Assembly (NCBI GenBank): GCA_963663165.1
Contig: OY760175.1
Location: 4,032,001-4,096,000 of the forward strand
Reading direction: 5' to 3'
Source of the DNA: an uncultured Desulfospira sp.
GTDB taxonomy: Bacteria > Desulfobacterota > Desulfobacteria > Desulfobacterales > Desulfobacteraceae
DNA length: 64,000 bases
Shown here: one piece after another, positions 9,356 through 20,638 of the stretch
How the letters are laid out: every line of letters begins with the position of its first letter
Position numbering within the stretch: position 1 is the first letter of the stretch
Made by a program: the position numbers and the translations under genes
Notes under the pieces: generated by a model
What the model saw: the letters and a program-made list of their open reading frames with translations, nothing else
Database searches by the model: none
What the model was told of the DNA's origin: nothing

Positions 9356-10373
9356 TCTCTTTAAATTTGCCGGTGCGGTATTCGGCCAGGAGCCGGTCCA
9401 TTTTATCCACCACATCCTCGGGCAGGACACCGGATTCTTTCATTTTATCCGAGGCTTTATCCGCCGTCTGCTGCCATTCTTCCAGATCTTTCCCGCTGGG
9501 GGAAAGAAACTCTATTCCTCTTTGTTTCAGGACGTCAGACGCATTGATGTCATCTTCCCGGTTCCGGACATCAATTTCTTTGCAGGCCTTTGTCATGATC
9601 CGGGTAACAATCTCCCGGTCCGGCTCATTGATTTTCATAAATTTTTTCTTGTCAATGGCCATTACCCCGTAAAGATAAATCAAAGGGATGTCGGTCAGAT
9701 AACTGACCTGGGTGTGCCACTGAAGCACCACCGCCCCCACAGGAGAGGTGCCCACCGTGTCTATAAGGCCGGACTGAAGTCCGGTTCTCACATCGGACAG
9801 GGGCAGCGGAATCGGGTTGATATGAAAAATTTCAACCACATCCATGGTGAGCTTGTCATTGTCCGGAACCCACACCTTCCGGCCCGCAAGGTCGGACAGG
9901 GTTTTAACCGGCTTTTGGGACATGATATAGGAAAACCCGCCGCCAATAATGCCGAAGGTCACAAACCCGGCATCGTAAAGGCCGTCCACAATGAATTGGT
10001 CCATGTGCTTCCGGACATAATCCACTTCCTTCTGGTTCCGGAATTTCATGGGCTGGGCATAGATCTGGTTGGCCGGAAAGAACTTGGCAAGGCTGCCGCC
10101 CACCACGGCCCCGCCCTGGAGCTGGCCGGCCCTGATTTTCCGAAGCACGGCATTGTCGTTTCCCATGACCCCGCCCGGGTAAAATTTAAAATTCACCCGG
10201 TTTTCGGTTTCTTTGGCTACCATCTTCGCCCCCTGGCGCATCTTTTCCATCCACATGGAACCTTCCGGCGAAAGGGTGGCGATTTTCAGGGTGGTTCCCC
10301 AGGCGGCTGAAACAGTTAAAAACACCAGCCCCCAGAAAGCAACCAGGGGAATTACAACTGATTTGATTCGCAT
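9348..10373 (-). CDS. dctP: TRAP transporter substrate-binding protein (DctP, TatP-type)
   Basis: Signal peptide, LKIATLSPEGS, FYPGGVMG, LQSGLID; GGAG RBS before ATG 10373. Confidence 0.9.
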   Translation of the reverse strand: MRIKSVVIPLVAFWGLVFLTVSAAWGTTLKIATLSPEGSMWMEKMRQGAKMVAKETENRVNFKFYPGGVMGNDNAVLRKIRAGQLQGGAVVGGSLAKFFPANQIYAQPMKFRNQKEVDYVRKHMDQFIVDGLYDAGFVTFGIIGGGFSYIMSQKPVKTLSDLAGRKVWVPDNDKLTMDVVEIFHINPIPLPLSDVRTGLQSGLIDTVGTSPVGAVVLQWHTQVSYLTDIPLIYLYGVMAIDKKKFMKINEPDREIVTRIMTKACKEIDVRNREDDINASDVLKQRGIEFLSPSGKDLEEWQQTADKASDKMKESGVLPEDVVDKMDRLLAEYRTGKFKEND

Positions 10374-10403
10374 TTTATATCTCCAGATTGAAAAATCCAT
10401 TTT

Positions 10404-11291
10404 TCAGAAATAATCGTCTGCCTGGTCCAGAAGCGCCTTGGCCCGGGTCCGGGCATAGGTATTGACCAGGGTCTGGCCGGGAACCACCGGGTCTGTGTCC
10501 AGGACCTCTTTTAGCAGCCGGTCATGAAGCTCCCGCTCAAACATCATCCGGGCGTAAAATTGGGCATACATGACCTTGGCCATCAGGTTTTTCCCTTTTG
10601 ACAGGGCAATGGCCTTTTCAAAGTACACCTTTCCCTGTTCGGGCTTTCCACCTAAGGCCGGGGGCAGGAAGGTGGCCAGGGTGCCAAGGTACAGGTAGGC
10701 AGCCCCGTCCCGGTAAGTTTCATCCAGCCGGGTCACCTTGACCATGATATCTTCAATGCGGGAGATATCGGCCAGGGCATTGAAATCGCCTTTCCGGGCC
10801 ATGATCCAGCCGGCCCAGGCACTGCCTGCGGCAAACAAAGGCTCAATATCTTTTTGTGTCATGGCCTCAATGTGCGCCCTAAACTCGGGGTATGGGGCGT
10901 CTTTCAGGCCACAGGCGCTTTTCTGAGAAGCGCAGACCGCCCTTAAGGCATAATCCAGGGCCTTGGCCGTAATCTTTTTATGCCGGTCCGGGTCCCGGAC
11001 GAACACATCCCCATAGGCCGTGTACAGCATAGCGGCCGTGGACAGCATGTCTTTGGAATCCGGATCATTGCTGATCAGGCCGTCGATCATGAGCAGGTAA
11101 GCCGGGGCCCCTGTTTCAACCATGGCCAGATCGTCATTGTTGACAATGGCATCGGACAGGCCGGACATCATTTGGGATTTGACGGAACAGCCCTGGATCA
11201 GCAGTGTGCCAACCACCAGGCCAGCCAGAAAAATCTTAGGCAGCAACCAGGAACTTAAAATGTTCCGCTCCCTTTTTTGAATGGCTCTCAT
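10404..11291 (-). CDS. tatT: TRAP-associated TPR lipoprotein, TatT component
   Basis: Lipobox-like LIQGC, helical body, PPALGGKPE motif; first gene of the dctPQM operon; start uncertain. Confidence 0.8.
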   Translation of the reverse strand: MRAIQKRERNILSSWLLPKIFLAGLVVGTLLIQGCSVKSQMMSGLSDAIVNNDDLAMVETGAPAYLLMIDGLISNDPDSKDMLSTAAMLYTAYGDVFVRDPDRHKKITAKALDYALRAVCASQKSACGLKDAPYPEFRAHIEAMTQKDIEPLFAAGSAWAGWIMARKGDFNALADISRIEDIMVKVTRLDETYRDGAAYLYLGTLATFLPPALGGKPEQGKVYFEKAIALSKGKNLMAKVMYAQFYARMMFERELHDRLLKEVLDTDPVVPGQTLVNTYARTRAKALLDQADDYF

Positions 11292-11522
11292 AGCCCGAAA
11301 ACTAACCTGTTTACAACAAAATTGCAACCTGGTTTCCCCGGGCCGGACCGTTCCTAGCAAAGATCTAAAAAAGGAAGGAACACTTTTTCTATAAATCAGC
11401 TGGTTTCGTGGTGTAATATTCCTGAAATCAGGGTATAATGCGGCAAACAAAGTAAAATGGCCGCTTTAAAGCAACCGCAGGGTGATGTTTAATTCCGGCA
11501 TGGCTGACAAGGGTGGGTACCA

Positions 11523-12983
11523 ATGAAAAAATTCTGTTGCATGATGCTGATGGTTACCGGGTTCATGTCCCTGGGTGGTGCCTTTTCAGGGACTTTTGGC
11601 AGCCAGCCCATCCACGTCGTTCCCGTGGAAGGCATGGTGGAGCCGGGCATGGCCGCCTTTGTCAAACGAAGCCTTGCCCAGATCCCGGACAAGGAAGATA
11701 CGGTCATTGTATTAAAGATGGACACCTTTGGCGGCCGGGTGGATTCGGCCCTTGAAATCGTGGATGCCATCACCGGCATAACAAAGGGAAAAACCATCTC
11801 TTATGTGGAAAAACGGGCCATCTCTGCCGGCGCCCTCATCTCTCTTGCCGGAAATGTTCTGGTCATGAAAAACCATACCCTGATCGGGGACTGTGCCCCC
11901 ATGTTCCAGACCAATGAAGGCCAGAAAGAGGCCGGGGAAAAGACCCAGACCGTTTTGCGGGCCCAGTTCAGGTCCCTGGCCAAAAGAAACCATTACCCTG
12001 AAATCCTGGCCGAATCCATGGTCACCAAGGACATGGCCGTATATGAAGTGACCCTGGACGGTGAAACAAAATTCATGGACCAGACCCATTGGAACGACCT
12101 GACCGAAGCGCAACAGAAAAAAGCCGTAAAAAAGACCATCGTGGACAAAGGCGAACTGCTCACCATGGATGATACCGAGGCCTTGAACCTTAAGTTTTCC
12201 AGGGCCAGCGTTTCAGACCTGGACCAGGCCCTGGCCATCCTGGGATACGACGATTATGAATTGATCCCCCTGGCAGAATCCTGGTCTGAAAGCCTTGTCA
12301 GAATGCTCCAGCCCATTTTGCCCCTGCTCATGCTGGTGGGCATCGGGGCCATATACACGGAAATCAAAGCCCCGGGATTCGGCCTTCCCGGCATTATCGG
12401 CATTGTCTGTCTGGCCCTGGTATTTTTCAACCAGCACCTGGTGGGCCTGGCCGACTATACCGAGCTTTTGATCTTTCTTTGCGGCTGCCTGCTTTTGGGA
12501 TTTGAAGCCTTTGTTCTCCCGGGGTTTGGCATTGCCGGAATATCCGGAATCATTGTTATTGCCGCAGGCCTGGTCCTGTCCTTCCAGGATTTTGTGATCC
12601 CGAGCCCGGACCTGCCCTGGCAAAAAGCCCTGCTCATGAAAAATCTGGCCCTGGTGTTTGGATCATTTATCGGCGCATTTCTGGTCTCCCTTTTTGTGAT
12701 CCGGTTTATCCTGCCAAAAATTTCCCTGGTGGTAAAAGGACCCTACCTGACGGCGACCTTAAAAGATTCCCATGCCGATTCCGGCGAGGCGGTACAGGTT
12801 AACCCAGGGGATACCGGAGAAGCATTGACACCTTTCAGGCCCGCCGGAAAAATGAAGCTGAACAACAAAAGAATTGATGCCGTCAGCCGGGGGGAATTCA
12901 TTCCCAAAGGCTCCCGGGTGGTGGTGGATGCGGTGGAAAGAAACAAGGTGATTGTGAAACTCAAAGAAGAGGCCCGGGGATGA
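11523..12983 (+). CDS. nfeD: NfeD family membrane protein, long form with ClpP-like protease domain
   Basis: MDTFGGRVD, AISAGALI, EIKAPGFGLPG, C-terminal OB fold (TPFRPAGK). Confidence 0.9.
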   Translation: MKKFCCMMLMVTGFMSLGGAFSGTFGSQPIHVVPVEGMVEPGMAAFVKRSLAQIPDKEDTVIVLKMDTFGGRVDSALEIVDAITGITKGKTISYVEKRAISAGALISLAGNVLVMKNHTLIGDCAPMFQTNEGQKEAGEKTQTVLRAQFRSLAKRNHYPEILAESMVTKDMAVYEVTLDGETKFMDQTHWNDLTEAQQKKAVKKTIVDKGELLTMDDTEALNLKFSRASVSDLDQALAILGYDDYELIPLAESWSESLVRMLQPILPLLMLVGIGAIYTEIKAPGFGLPGIIGIVCLALVFFNQHLVGLADYTELLIFLCGCLLLGFEAFVLPGFGIAGISGIIVIAAGLVLSFQDFVIPSPDLPWQKALLMKNLALVFGSFIGAFLVSLFVIRFILPKISLVVKGPYLTATLKDSHADSGEAVQVNPGDTGEALTPFRPAGKMKLNNKRIDAVSRGEFIPKGSRVVVDAVERNKVIVKLKEEARG

Positions 12984-13468
12984 ACGCTTATATTTTACCT
13001 GCTGCGTTACAGATTTTGGGAATACTGGTGATTGTCGTTGAAATTTTCGTCCCGTCCATGGGGATTTTGTCCCTTCTGGCGGCAGGGCTGCTGATTTACT
13101 CCCTGGTTATTGTCTTCGGCCAGATTTCCCAGGCCGCCGGAATGGTTTTTTTAGGCGTTGACCTGGTGGCGGTGCCGCTCCTTTTTTATTTTGGGATACG
13201 GGTCCTTGGCGCATCATCCCTGTCCCTTCAAAGCAAACTGTCCAGCCGGGACGGGGTCACCTCCGAGTCTCCGGATTTAAAAACATGGAAAGGCAAGACC
13301 GGAAAAGCCGTTACCACCCTTCGGCCTGCCGGCATGGCCCTGATCGATGAGAAACGGCTGGATGTGGTCACAGAGGGCGAGTATGTGGTATCCGGAACCC
13401 GGGTTAAAGTCGCCGATGTCAGGGGGAACCAGATTATTGTAGAACCGATTGAGGATATGGACATATAA
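12980..13468 (+). CDS. NfeD family protein, short form
   Basis: TM helices with EIFVPSMGIL; C-terminal TTLRPAG OB fold. Confidence 0.85.
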   Translation: MNAYILPAALQILGILVIVVEIFVPSMGILSLLAAGLLIYSLVIVFGQISQAAGMVFLGVDLVAVPLLFYFGIRVLGASSLSLQSKLSSRDGVTSESPDLKTWKGKTGKAVTTLRPAGMALIDEKRLDVVTEGEYVVSGTRVKVADVRGNQIIVEPIEDMDI

Positions 13469-13531
13469 GGGTTTTTATATGTTGACATAATATAAGTTTA
13501 AGTTTTTAACCAGCGTAAAGGAGAACATTTC

Positions 13532-14515
13532 ATGGATTTAATGGTTATTCTGACAATTATTGCAGGAATTCTTTTCCTGGTGCTGTTTTACTTTATCTTT
13601 TCTTATATCGCCCTCTGGATCCAGGCCCTGGTGTCCGGGGCAAGGGTGGGCCTGATCAACATTATCTTTATGCGGTTTAGAAAAGTGCCCCCCAAACTTA
13701 TCGTGGAATCCAAAATCATGGCCGTTAAAGCCGGTCTGGAGATTCCAACGGACAGCCTGGAATCCCATTTTCTGGCCGGCGGCAATGTGCCCCGGGTGAT
13801 CCAGGCCCTGATCGCTGCGGATAAGGCCAATATTGAACTGTCCTTTAACCGGACCGCCGCCATTGACCTTGCCGGCCGGGATGTCCTGGAAGCGGTTCAG
13901 ATGTCCGTCAACCCCAAGGTAATTGAAACCCCGCTGGTGGCGGCCATGGCCAAGGACGGCATCCAGCTCAAGGCGGTTTCCAGGGTCACGGTCCGGGCCA
14001 ATATTGACCGCCTGGTAGGGGGCGCCGGCGAGGAAACCATCCTGGCAAGGGTCGGGGAAGGCATTGTCACCACCATCGGTTCCGCCCTCACCCATAAGCA
14101 TGTGCTGGAAAATCCGGATATGATCTCCAAAACCGTCCTGAGCAAAGGGCTTGATGCCGGCACGGCCTATGAAATCCTGTCCATTGATATTGCCGATGTG
14201 GATGTGGGCAAGAATATCGGTGCTGAACTTGAAACCGACCGGGCCGAGGCTGACAAGAAAATCGCCCAGGCCAAGGCAGAGGAAAAACGGGCCATGGCCT
14301 TTGCCCAGGAACAGGAGATGAAGGCCAGGGTCCAGGAAATGAAGGCAAAGGTAGTGGAAGCCGAGGCCCAGGTTCCCCTGGCCATGGCTGAAGCCTTCAG
14401 GAGCGGAAACCTGGGGATCATGGATTATTACAGGATGCAGAACATTTCAGCCGATACACGGATGAGGGACCAGATCGCAACGGATGCGCCCCCTGAAATG
14501 CCTGAAAAGGATTAA
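13532..14515 (+). CDS. floA: Flotillin-like protein FloA (YqfA)
   Basis: [55 protein letters not shown] motifs. Confidence 0.94.
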   Translation: MDLMVILTIIAGILFLVLFYFIFSYIALWIQALVSGARVGLINIIFMRFRKVPPKLIVESKIMAVKAGLEIPTDSLESHFLAGGNVPRVIQALIAADKANIELSFNRTAAIDLAGRDVLEAVQMSVNPKVIETPLVAAMAKDGIQLKAVSRVTVRANIDRLVGGAGEETILARVGEGIVTTIGSALTHKHVLENPDMISKTVLSKGLDAGTAYEILSIDIADVDVGKNIGAELETDRAEADKKIAQAKAEEKRAMAFAQEQEMKARVQEMKAKVVEAEAQVPLAMAEAFRSGNLGIMDYYRMQNISADTRMRDQIATDAPPEMPEKD

Positions 14516-14520
14516 ACCCC

Positions 14521-15078
14521 ATGGATTTTGATACCCTTATCAATATTGTTATCCTGGTGTTATTTTTCGTGCTGCCGGCTGTTTTAAACCGGTTCAAGAA
14601 AAAGGCCCGAAAAGCCTCAGCCGCCACCGCCAAAAAGAAAACCGGAAAGCCAAAATCACTTATTTTCGGAAATATTTCAGATCAGATCCAGAAATTCCTC
14701 AAGGATCTGGAGCAGCAGGCCAGGCAACAGGAGCAATCCGCTGATAAAACCGTCTGGGATGAGCTTGCCCGGGAGCCGGGGTATGAAGATGAAGACGTCT
14801 CGGAAGAGGATGTCCGGCTGCCGGAAGGTTGGGATAAGCCGCCGGTTGAAAAAGCACCTGAACCATGGAAACCGGCCCCTTATGCGGCCGCTGAATCTGA
14901 GCGACATGGGCGACAAGCCCGCGTAAAACCCAAACGTTACAGACCCTCGCCGCCGCCATTGGCAGACTGTCAGGCGAAGGCCCGGGCCCGGAACAGGGCC
15001 TGCCGTCTTCGCCGGGCCGTGGTGTGGTCGGAGATACTGGGAAAACCAGTGGCTCTCAAACGGGGGGTCAAACCTTGA
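14521..15078 (+). CDS. Hypothetical single-pass membrane protein (position equivalent to YqfB)
   Basis: N-terminal TM segment and C-terminal LRRAVVWSEILGKPVAL motif; directly after floA. Confidence 0.7.
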   Translation: MDFDTLINIVILVLFFVLPAVLNRFKKKARKASAATAKKKTGKPKSLIFGNISDQIQKFLKDLEQQARQQEQSADKTVWDELAREPGYEDEDVSEEDVRLPEGWDKPPVEKAPEPWKPAPYAAAESERHGRQARVKPKRYRPSPPPLADCQAKARARNRACRLRRAVVWSEILGKPVALKRGVKP

Positions 15079-15148
15079 TTATAGCATTATACGTCGAAAC
15101 GGATGGATGCTAAAGACCATAATCAAGGTTTGACCCCTTTTTTTTTTT
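15064..15148. repeat. 19-bp perfect inverted repeat followed by a T-tract (MITE/REP-like element or terminator)
   Basis: ggggtcaaaccttgattat (15064-15082) and ataatcaaggtttgacccc (15119-15137), 36-nt spacer, then poly-T. Confidence 0.7.
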
Positions 15149-15270
15149 CAGTTTTCTTGACAAAACGCGTTTTCCCGTCCTATATCCTAATTTTCTAATT
15201 TTATTGTAAAAGCAGTTATCGCTTACGATGGTCCGGTTGAGGTGGTTTTCTCAGGAGGGTAAGGGAACAG

Positions 15271-18036
15271 ATGCTTAAATCGCTAAGATCAAGAATATTG
15301 ATAATCGTCATATCCGTCATAATTGTTACCATAACCGGCATCGCATTTTTTGTTCAAAAAGAGGTCACCAAAACCCTGTCGCGGGTTTACGATGAAAGTC
15401 TCAAAAACCTGCTGAATGCCGTGGTTCTAAATGTTGCGAACCAGTACAACAGCCTGGTTTTTCAAAAAGAAGCCTCCCTTGACATCAGAAAAAACGACAG
15501 CAAGTATATTGTTACCGTGGCCCTTGCGGTGATTGACGAAATCTATAAAAAACAGCAGCAGAATTTATTAACCGAACAACAGGCCAAGGAGCTGGCCAAA
15601 ACTTTTCTTAAGGGCATGCGCTATAACAACGGCGTAGGATATCTCTGGATAAACGATATGGGCAGGCCCATCCCCCGAATGATCATGCACGGCGCCATGC
15701 CGGAACTTGACGGCCAGGTGTTCGACGACCCCAAATACAATTGCGCCCTTGGGATTAAAAAAAACCTGCTCCAGGCATTCATGGAAACCTGCCAAAAAGA
15801 CGGGCAGGGGTATGTGGACTACCTGTGGCCCAAGCCCACAAAAGACGGCGTAACCACCTTCCAGCCGAAAATCTCCTATGTTTCCCTGTTCAAACCCTGG
15901 AACTGGGTGGTGGGAACAGGGGTATATGTTGAAGATATTGAGGCGGATTCCCAAAAAAGGCTGGATGCCATTATCCTGGAGTTAAAACAGACCATTGCCG
16001 GTGTTCAGCTGTTTAAAACAGGGTACATGTTTATTTTTAACCATGAAAAACAGATCCTTGTCCACCCGGTTCTTTCCGGTCTCGACGGCAGCGCTTTGGA
16101 AGACCCCCGGAGCCGTTCCTCCCTTCTGGACAACTTGATCACCGCATCAAAAACCCCTGAAACACCCTATGAGTACTTATGGAACAAGCAGCTGCAGAAC
16201 AGAGGCGAATTCAAAGATTTAAAACGGGCCTATGTCCGGTATTTTGAGCCCATGGACTGGTATATTGTATGCTCCGTATATGTGGATGAGGTCCAGGAAG
16301 TATCCCAGTTGCTGGTGGTTTATATTATCAGCCTGTCCGGTTTATTTATTCTGGCCGCTGTCCTTTTTTCGGTTCAGATTTCCAAAACCCTGACAGAACC
16401 TTTGAGAAAACTGATGCTTTCAGCCGAACGGATCGAAAAAGAGGGCCTTTTTTCCGAAAAAATGCCTGTTACCGGGACGGTTGAAACCATGGCGTTAGGA
16501 AATATTTTAAACCAAATGATTGATTCCATCAGCACCTCTGTCACAGAGAAGGAAACCCTGTTAACAAAGCTGCAGGATGCCCATAACGAACTTGAACAGC
16601 GGGTGCTGGATCGCACTAATGATCTTGAAGCGGCGAACCGGGCGCTGACAGAGGCCAAGGAAAAAGCCGAAGTCGCCAATCAGTCCAAGAGCGTGTTTTT
16701 AGCCAATATGTCCCACGAAATCAGAACGCCCATGAACGCCATCCTCGGGCATGCCCAGATCATGGCCAGGGATAAGACCATGACAGCCGGGCAGCAAAAA
16801 GGCGTGGCGTCCATCAACAAAAGCGGGGAACATTTACTCACCCTGATCAACGATGTGCTGGATATGTCCAAAATAGAGGCCGGCAAAATAAAAATTATCC
16901 CCTCGTCCTTTCGGCTCCATGCATTGCTTAACGAAATAGGCGAAATGTTCCGCTTCCGGCTGGATCAGAAAGGCCTGATGTTTAAGACATCTCTTTGCCC
17001 GGATCTGCCGGACCTGATCAAGGCCGATGAAGGCCGGGTCCGCCAGATTATACTTAATCTGGTGGGAAATGCCGTCAAGTTTACGGAAAAAGGCGGCATC
17101 ACCATAACGGCAAATGTGAAAGGCGGCCTCATACAGCTGGTGGTTTCCGATACCGGGCACGGCATCCCCCAAGAAAGCCAAAAAACGATTTTTCAAGCCT
17201 TTGAGCAATCTGAAAAAGGAATGCGGACAGAAGGGGGTACAGGCCTGGGCCTTGCCATCAGCAGACAGATGGCCAGATTGATGGGAGGAGACATTGTTGT
17301 TGAAAGTGTTGTCGGTGAAGGTTCAAGCTTTACCTTCACCTTTGAATTCAAGCCCGGGGATAAAACAGAACTCTCAAGCAAGGTCCCTGAGCGGTATCCC
17401 CAAAAAATTGCCCCCGGCCATGACCCTGTCACCGTTCTTGTGGTTGATGACCGGAAAGAAAACAGGGACGTTGTCAAACTGATGCTTGAACCCATCGGCT
17501 TTCATCTCACCGAAGCGGTCAACGGGAAGGAGGCTGTTGATATATTCGAAAAACAAAAACCCCGGATCATTCTCATGGATGTGGTCATGCCGGTCATGGA
17601 CGGCGTGGAGGCGACAAAACAGATCAAATCCCATGAAGACGGTGCCGATACCTTTATTCTAATACTCAGTGCCAGCGCCCTGGACCAGGAAAGGGAGCAG
17701 GTCATGAAAAACGGCGCGGATGCCTTCATGAAAAAACCCTTTAAAGCCGTGGATCTCCTTGAAAAGATACGCCGCCATGCCGGAATAGAATACGAGTATG
17801 AACAAATAGAATCCCAAAACAAGCCGCCGGATGATGAAACCTTCGATCCAAAACGGATTGAATCGCTGCCCATGGAAATCAGAAGCCAGATCAAGGAGGC
17901 GGCGATCCTGGGAAAAATGGACGAACTTGAGGATTTAGCGGCCCGGCTCCATGACCTGGATACACGTACGGCAGCTCATTTGCAGGGCCTTGTGGATGAT
18001 TTTGAGTTGGATATAATTCAGCGACTTTTCGAGTAG
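15271..18036 (+). CDS. Hybrid sensor histidine kinase (two Cache domains, HAMP, HisKA, HATPase, REC)
   Basis: [15 protein letters not shown] Cache motifs, [33 protein letters not shown]. Confidence 0.93.
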   Translation: MLKSLRSRILIIVISVIIVTITGIAFFVQKEVTKTLSRVYDESLKNLLNAVVLNVANQYNSLVFQKEASLDIRKNDSKYIVTVALAVIDEIYKKQQQNLLTEQQAKELAKTFLKGMRYNNGVGYLWINDMGRPIPRMIMHGAMPELDGQVFDDPKYNCALGIKKNLLQAFMETCQKDGQGYVDYLWPKPTKDGVTTFQPKISYVSLFKPWNWVVGTGVYVEDIEADSQKRLDAIILELKQTIAGVQLFKTGYMFIFNHEKQILVHPVLSGLDGSALEDPRSRSSLLDNLITASKTPETPYEYLWNKQLQNRGEFKDLKRAYVRYFEPMDWYIVCSVYVDEVQEVSQLLVVYIISLSGLFILAAVLFSVQISKTLTEPLRKLMLSAERIEKEGLFSEKMPVTGTVETMALGNILNQMIDSISTSVTEKETLLTKLQDAHNELEQRVLDRTNDLEAANRALTEAKEKAEVANQSKSVFLANMSHEIRTPMNAILGHAQIMARDKTMTAGQQKGVASINKSGEHLLTLINDVLDMSKIEAGKIKIIPSSFRLHALLNEIGEMFRFRLDQKGLMFKTSLCPDLPDLIKADEGRVRQIILNLVGNAVKFTEKGGITITANVKGGLIQLVVSDTGHGIPQESQKTIFQAFEQSEKGMRTEGGTGLGLAISRQMARLMGGDIVVESVVGEGSSFTFTFEFKPGDKTELSSKVPERYPQKIAPGHDPVTVLVVDDRKENRDVVKLMLEPIGFHLTEAVNGKEAVDIFEKQKPRIILMDVVMPVMDGVEATKQIKSHEDGADTFILILSASALDQEREQVMKNGADAFMKKPFKAVDLLEKIRRHAGIEYEYEQIESQNKPPDDETFDPKRIESLPMEIRSQIKEAAILGKMDELEDLAARLHDLDTRTAAHLQGLVDDFELDIIQRLFE

Positions 18037-18066
18037 ACACAAACTTACGGCAACGGGGGAAAAAAA

Positions 18067-18540
18067 ATGGAACAGACTGTGGGCGAATTGCTGATTGTTG
18101 ATGACAACCCTGAAAATCTGCGTGTGTTAAGTTTAATGCTAAAGCAGGAAGGATATGGTGTGCGCGCCGCCAAAAATGCCAAACAGGCCCTGGCAAGCAT
18201 TGATAAATCTGAACCGGACCTGATGCTTCTCGACATTCATATGCCGGAAATGGACGGATTTGAACTGTGCCGGCAGATCAAAAAACAACCGCAATTTCAA
18301 ACCCTTCCCATTATTTTTTTAAGCGCACTCAACGACACATTTAACAAAAAACAGGGGTTTGAAGCCGGTGGCGTGGATTACATGACCAAACCCTTTGATG
18401 TCGAGGAAGTAAGGATCAGAATCAAAACCCATCTTAACCTTAAAAAAAGCCTGATGGCCCTGGATCGGCTCAAAGAAAAAATCGCTCAAAAAGATGAACA
18501 GATAAAACAGCTCAAAGCCATGCTGAATAAGGATTCCTGA
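18067..18540 (+). CDS. Response regulator (REC plus coiled coil)
   Basis: [28 protein letters not shown]. Confidence 0.92.
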   Translation: MEQTVGELLIVDDNPENLRVLSLMLKQEGYGVRAAKNAKQALASIDKSEPDLMLLDIHMPEMDGFELCRQIKKQPQFQTLPIIFLSALNDTFNKKQGFEAGGVDYMTKPFDVEEVRIRIKTHLNLKKSLMALDRLKEKIAQKDEQIKQLKAMLNKDS

Positions 18541-18605
18541 ATTAATCCCTGACCGGTAAACAAGGCCTAAAAACAAGGCCGGCAATTAAAAAAGGAAAAC
18601 AAATC

Positions 18606-20528
18606 ATGGATTCCATCCTCATCGCAGATGATAATCCGGAAAACCTGAAAGTCCTTTCCAGGCTGTTGAAACAGGAGGGGTATAAAATCAGGGCGGCAAC
18701 CAATGGAAAGCAGGCCCTTGAAAGCTTTCAGGCTCAGCCGCCGGATCTGGTCCTGCTGGATATTCAAATGCCCGGGATGGACGGATATGAGGTCTGCCGG
18801 TTGATCAAACAGCAGACCGGTTACCAGTATATTCCCATCATATTCATCAGCGCCATGGGGGAATCCTTTAACAAGGCAATGGCTTTTGAGGCCGGGGGCA
18901 GCGATTACATCACCAAACCCCTCCAGGCCGAAGAGGTTTTGGCCAGGGTCAGGACCCATCTTAATCTGTATAAATACCAACGGCAGCTCAAAGACAAAAA
19001 TATTGAATTGATGCATCAGTTTAAAGCCACATTTGAACAGGCGGCCGTGGGAATTGCCCATATTGACATCCATACCGGGCAATACCTTAAAGTGAATCAG
19101 CGGTTTGCCGACATCCTGGCCTATTCAAGGGATGAACTGCTCAAAAAAACACTAAAGGACATTACCCATCCGGATTCTTATGAAAAAGATAACTTAAAGG
19201 TCGAGCAGCTGAAAAACAAAGATATTAAATATTTTGTCAAAGAAAAACAATATGTTAAATCTGACGGGTCACCGGTCTGGTGCAAAATAACCGTATCCCT
19301 TGTTGACCCTAAACAGGGAAGTTCCCCCGGCTATCTGCTGTCCATTATCGAAGATATCTCCAAAACCAAGGCCATGGAGGCGGAACAAGAGGAGTATGAA
19401 CGGCTGGTGTTGCAAATGCAGCGAATGGAAGTCATCGGAACCCTTGCCGGCGGCATTGCCCACGATTTCAACAATATCCTTTCGGCCATCATTGGTTTCA
19501 CCGAGCTGGCGCTGGTAGGGGTGCCCAAAGGGACATTGCTTGAAGAACGCCTGCTGGAAATATATTCAGCCGGGAAAAGGGCAACCGACCTGGTGAAGCA
19601 GATCCTGGCCGTTGCCCGCCAGTCCGATGAAAAACGAAGCCTTATTCAACCCGGAGAAATCGCCAATGAAGTTCTCAAGTTTATCCGCTCCACCACCCCA
19701 ACCACCATTGAAATTGTCCGGCAGATCGAAAGTGTCGCCGCGATTATGGGAAACCCGACCCAGGTTCACCAGCTGCTCATGAACCTTTGCACCAATGCGG
19801 TCCAGGCGATGGAGGATTCGGGCGGCGTTTTAACCGTGAGCATAACGGATGTGATTCTTAACCGGGAAAATTTGCAGATGGGCATGAAACCGGGGCTTTA
19901 CATGGAAATCAAGGTGTCGGACACCGGTGTCGGCATCGCCCCTGAATTTATAAAACTGGTTTTTGATCCTTATTTTACCACCAAGGGGCCCGGCGAAGGG
20001 ACTGGTTTGGGGCTTGCCACGGCCCATGGCATCATTAAAAGCTACGAAGGTAAAATAGAAGTTGACAGTCAACTGGGAAAAGGAACCACCTTTACCATCC
20101 ATCTGCCCATCAGCCAAAAAACGGCAGACCGTCATGTCAGCGAACCTGAACCGCTGCCCTTGGGCAAGGGAAATATTTTACTGGTGGATGATGAAATCCC
20201 CATTGCCAAAGTGGAAAGCCAGCTGCTTGAATACCTCGGTTATAGTGTAATCACCAAAACCAGCGGCCTGGACGCCCTGGCGCTGTTCAGGGAAAGGCCG
20301 GAGGATTTCGATCTGGTCTTCACAGATATGACCATGCCCGACATTACCGGGGACAAACTCGCCGTGGAGCTGATAAGAATCAGGCCCGATATTCCGGTTG
20401 TCCTTTGTACCGGATACAGCAAGCATATTTCCAATGAAACCGCCTCAAAAATTGGCATCAAGGCATTTCTCTACAAACCGGCCACAACCGAAGAGCTGGC
20501 CAGAACCATTCAAAAAGCCCTGAGATAG
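18606..20528 (+). CDS. Hybrid kinase (REC-PAS-HisKA-HATPase-REC)
   Basis: LAGGIAHDFNNIL, FDPYFTTKGPGEGTGLGL, two receiver domains. Confidence 0.93.
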   Translation: MDSILIADDNPENLKVLSRLLKQEGYKIRAATNGKQALESFQAQPPDLVLLDIQMPGMDGYEVCRLIKQQTGYQYIPIIFISAMGESFNKAMAFEAGGSDYITKPLQAEEVLARVRTHLNLYKYQRQLKDKNIELMHQFKATFEQAAVGIAHIDIHTGQYLKVNQRFADILAYSRDELLKKTLKDITHPDSYEKDNLKVEQLKNKDIKYFVKEKQYVKSDGSPVWCKITVSLVDPKQGSSPGYLLSIIEDISKTKAMEAEQEEYERLVLQMQRMEVIGTLAGGIAHDFNNILSAIIGFTELALVGVPKGTLLEERLLEIYSAGKRATDLVKQILAVARQSDEKRSLIQPGEIANEVLKFIRSTTPTTIEIVRQIESVAAIMGNPTQVHQLLMNLCTNAVQAMEDSGGVLTVSITDVILNRENLQMGMKPGLYMEIKVSDTGVGIAPEFIKLVFDPYFTTKGPGEGTGLGLATAHGIIKSYEGKIEVDSQLGKGTTFTIHLPISQKTADRHVSEPEPLPLGKGNILLVDDEIPIAKVESQLLEYLGYSVITKTSGLDALALFRERPEDFDLVFTDMTMPDITGDKLAVELIRIRPDIPVVLCTGYSKHISNETASKIGIKAFLYKPATTEELARTIQKALR

Positions 20529-20638
20529 ACAAATTCGGGCCATATCAGCAAAGCCTTGAAGTGTTTGGCAGGCAGTGATACAAGCACAGGAAATCGGGGA
20601 TTTCAAATACTCAACTGCTGAACGCTGACGGGAAACAA

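Noticed and set aside
9321..10310. 329-aa plus-strand ORF
   Set aside because: It lies antisense to dctP throughout and has no recognisable motifs.
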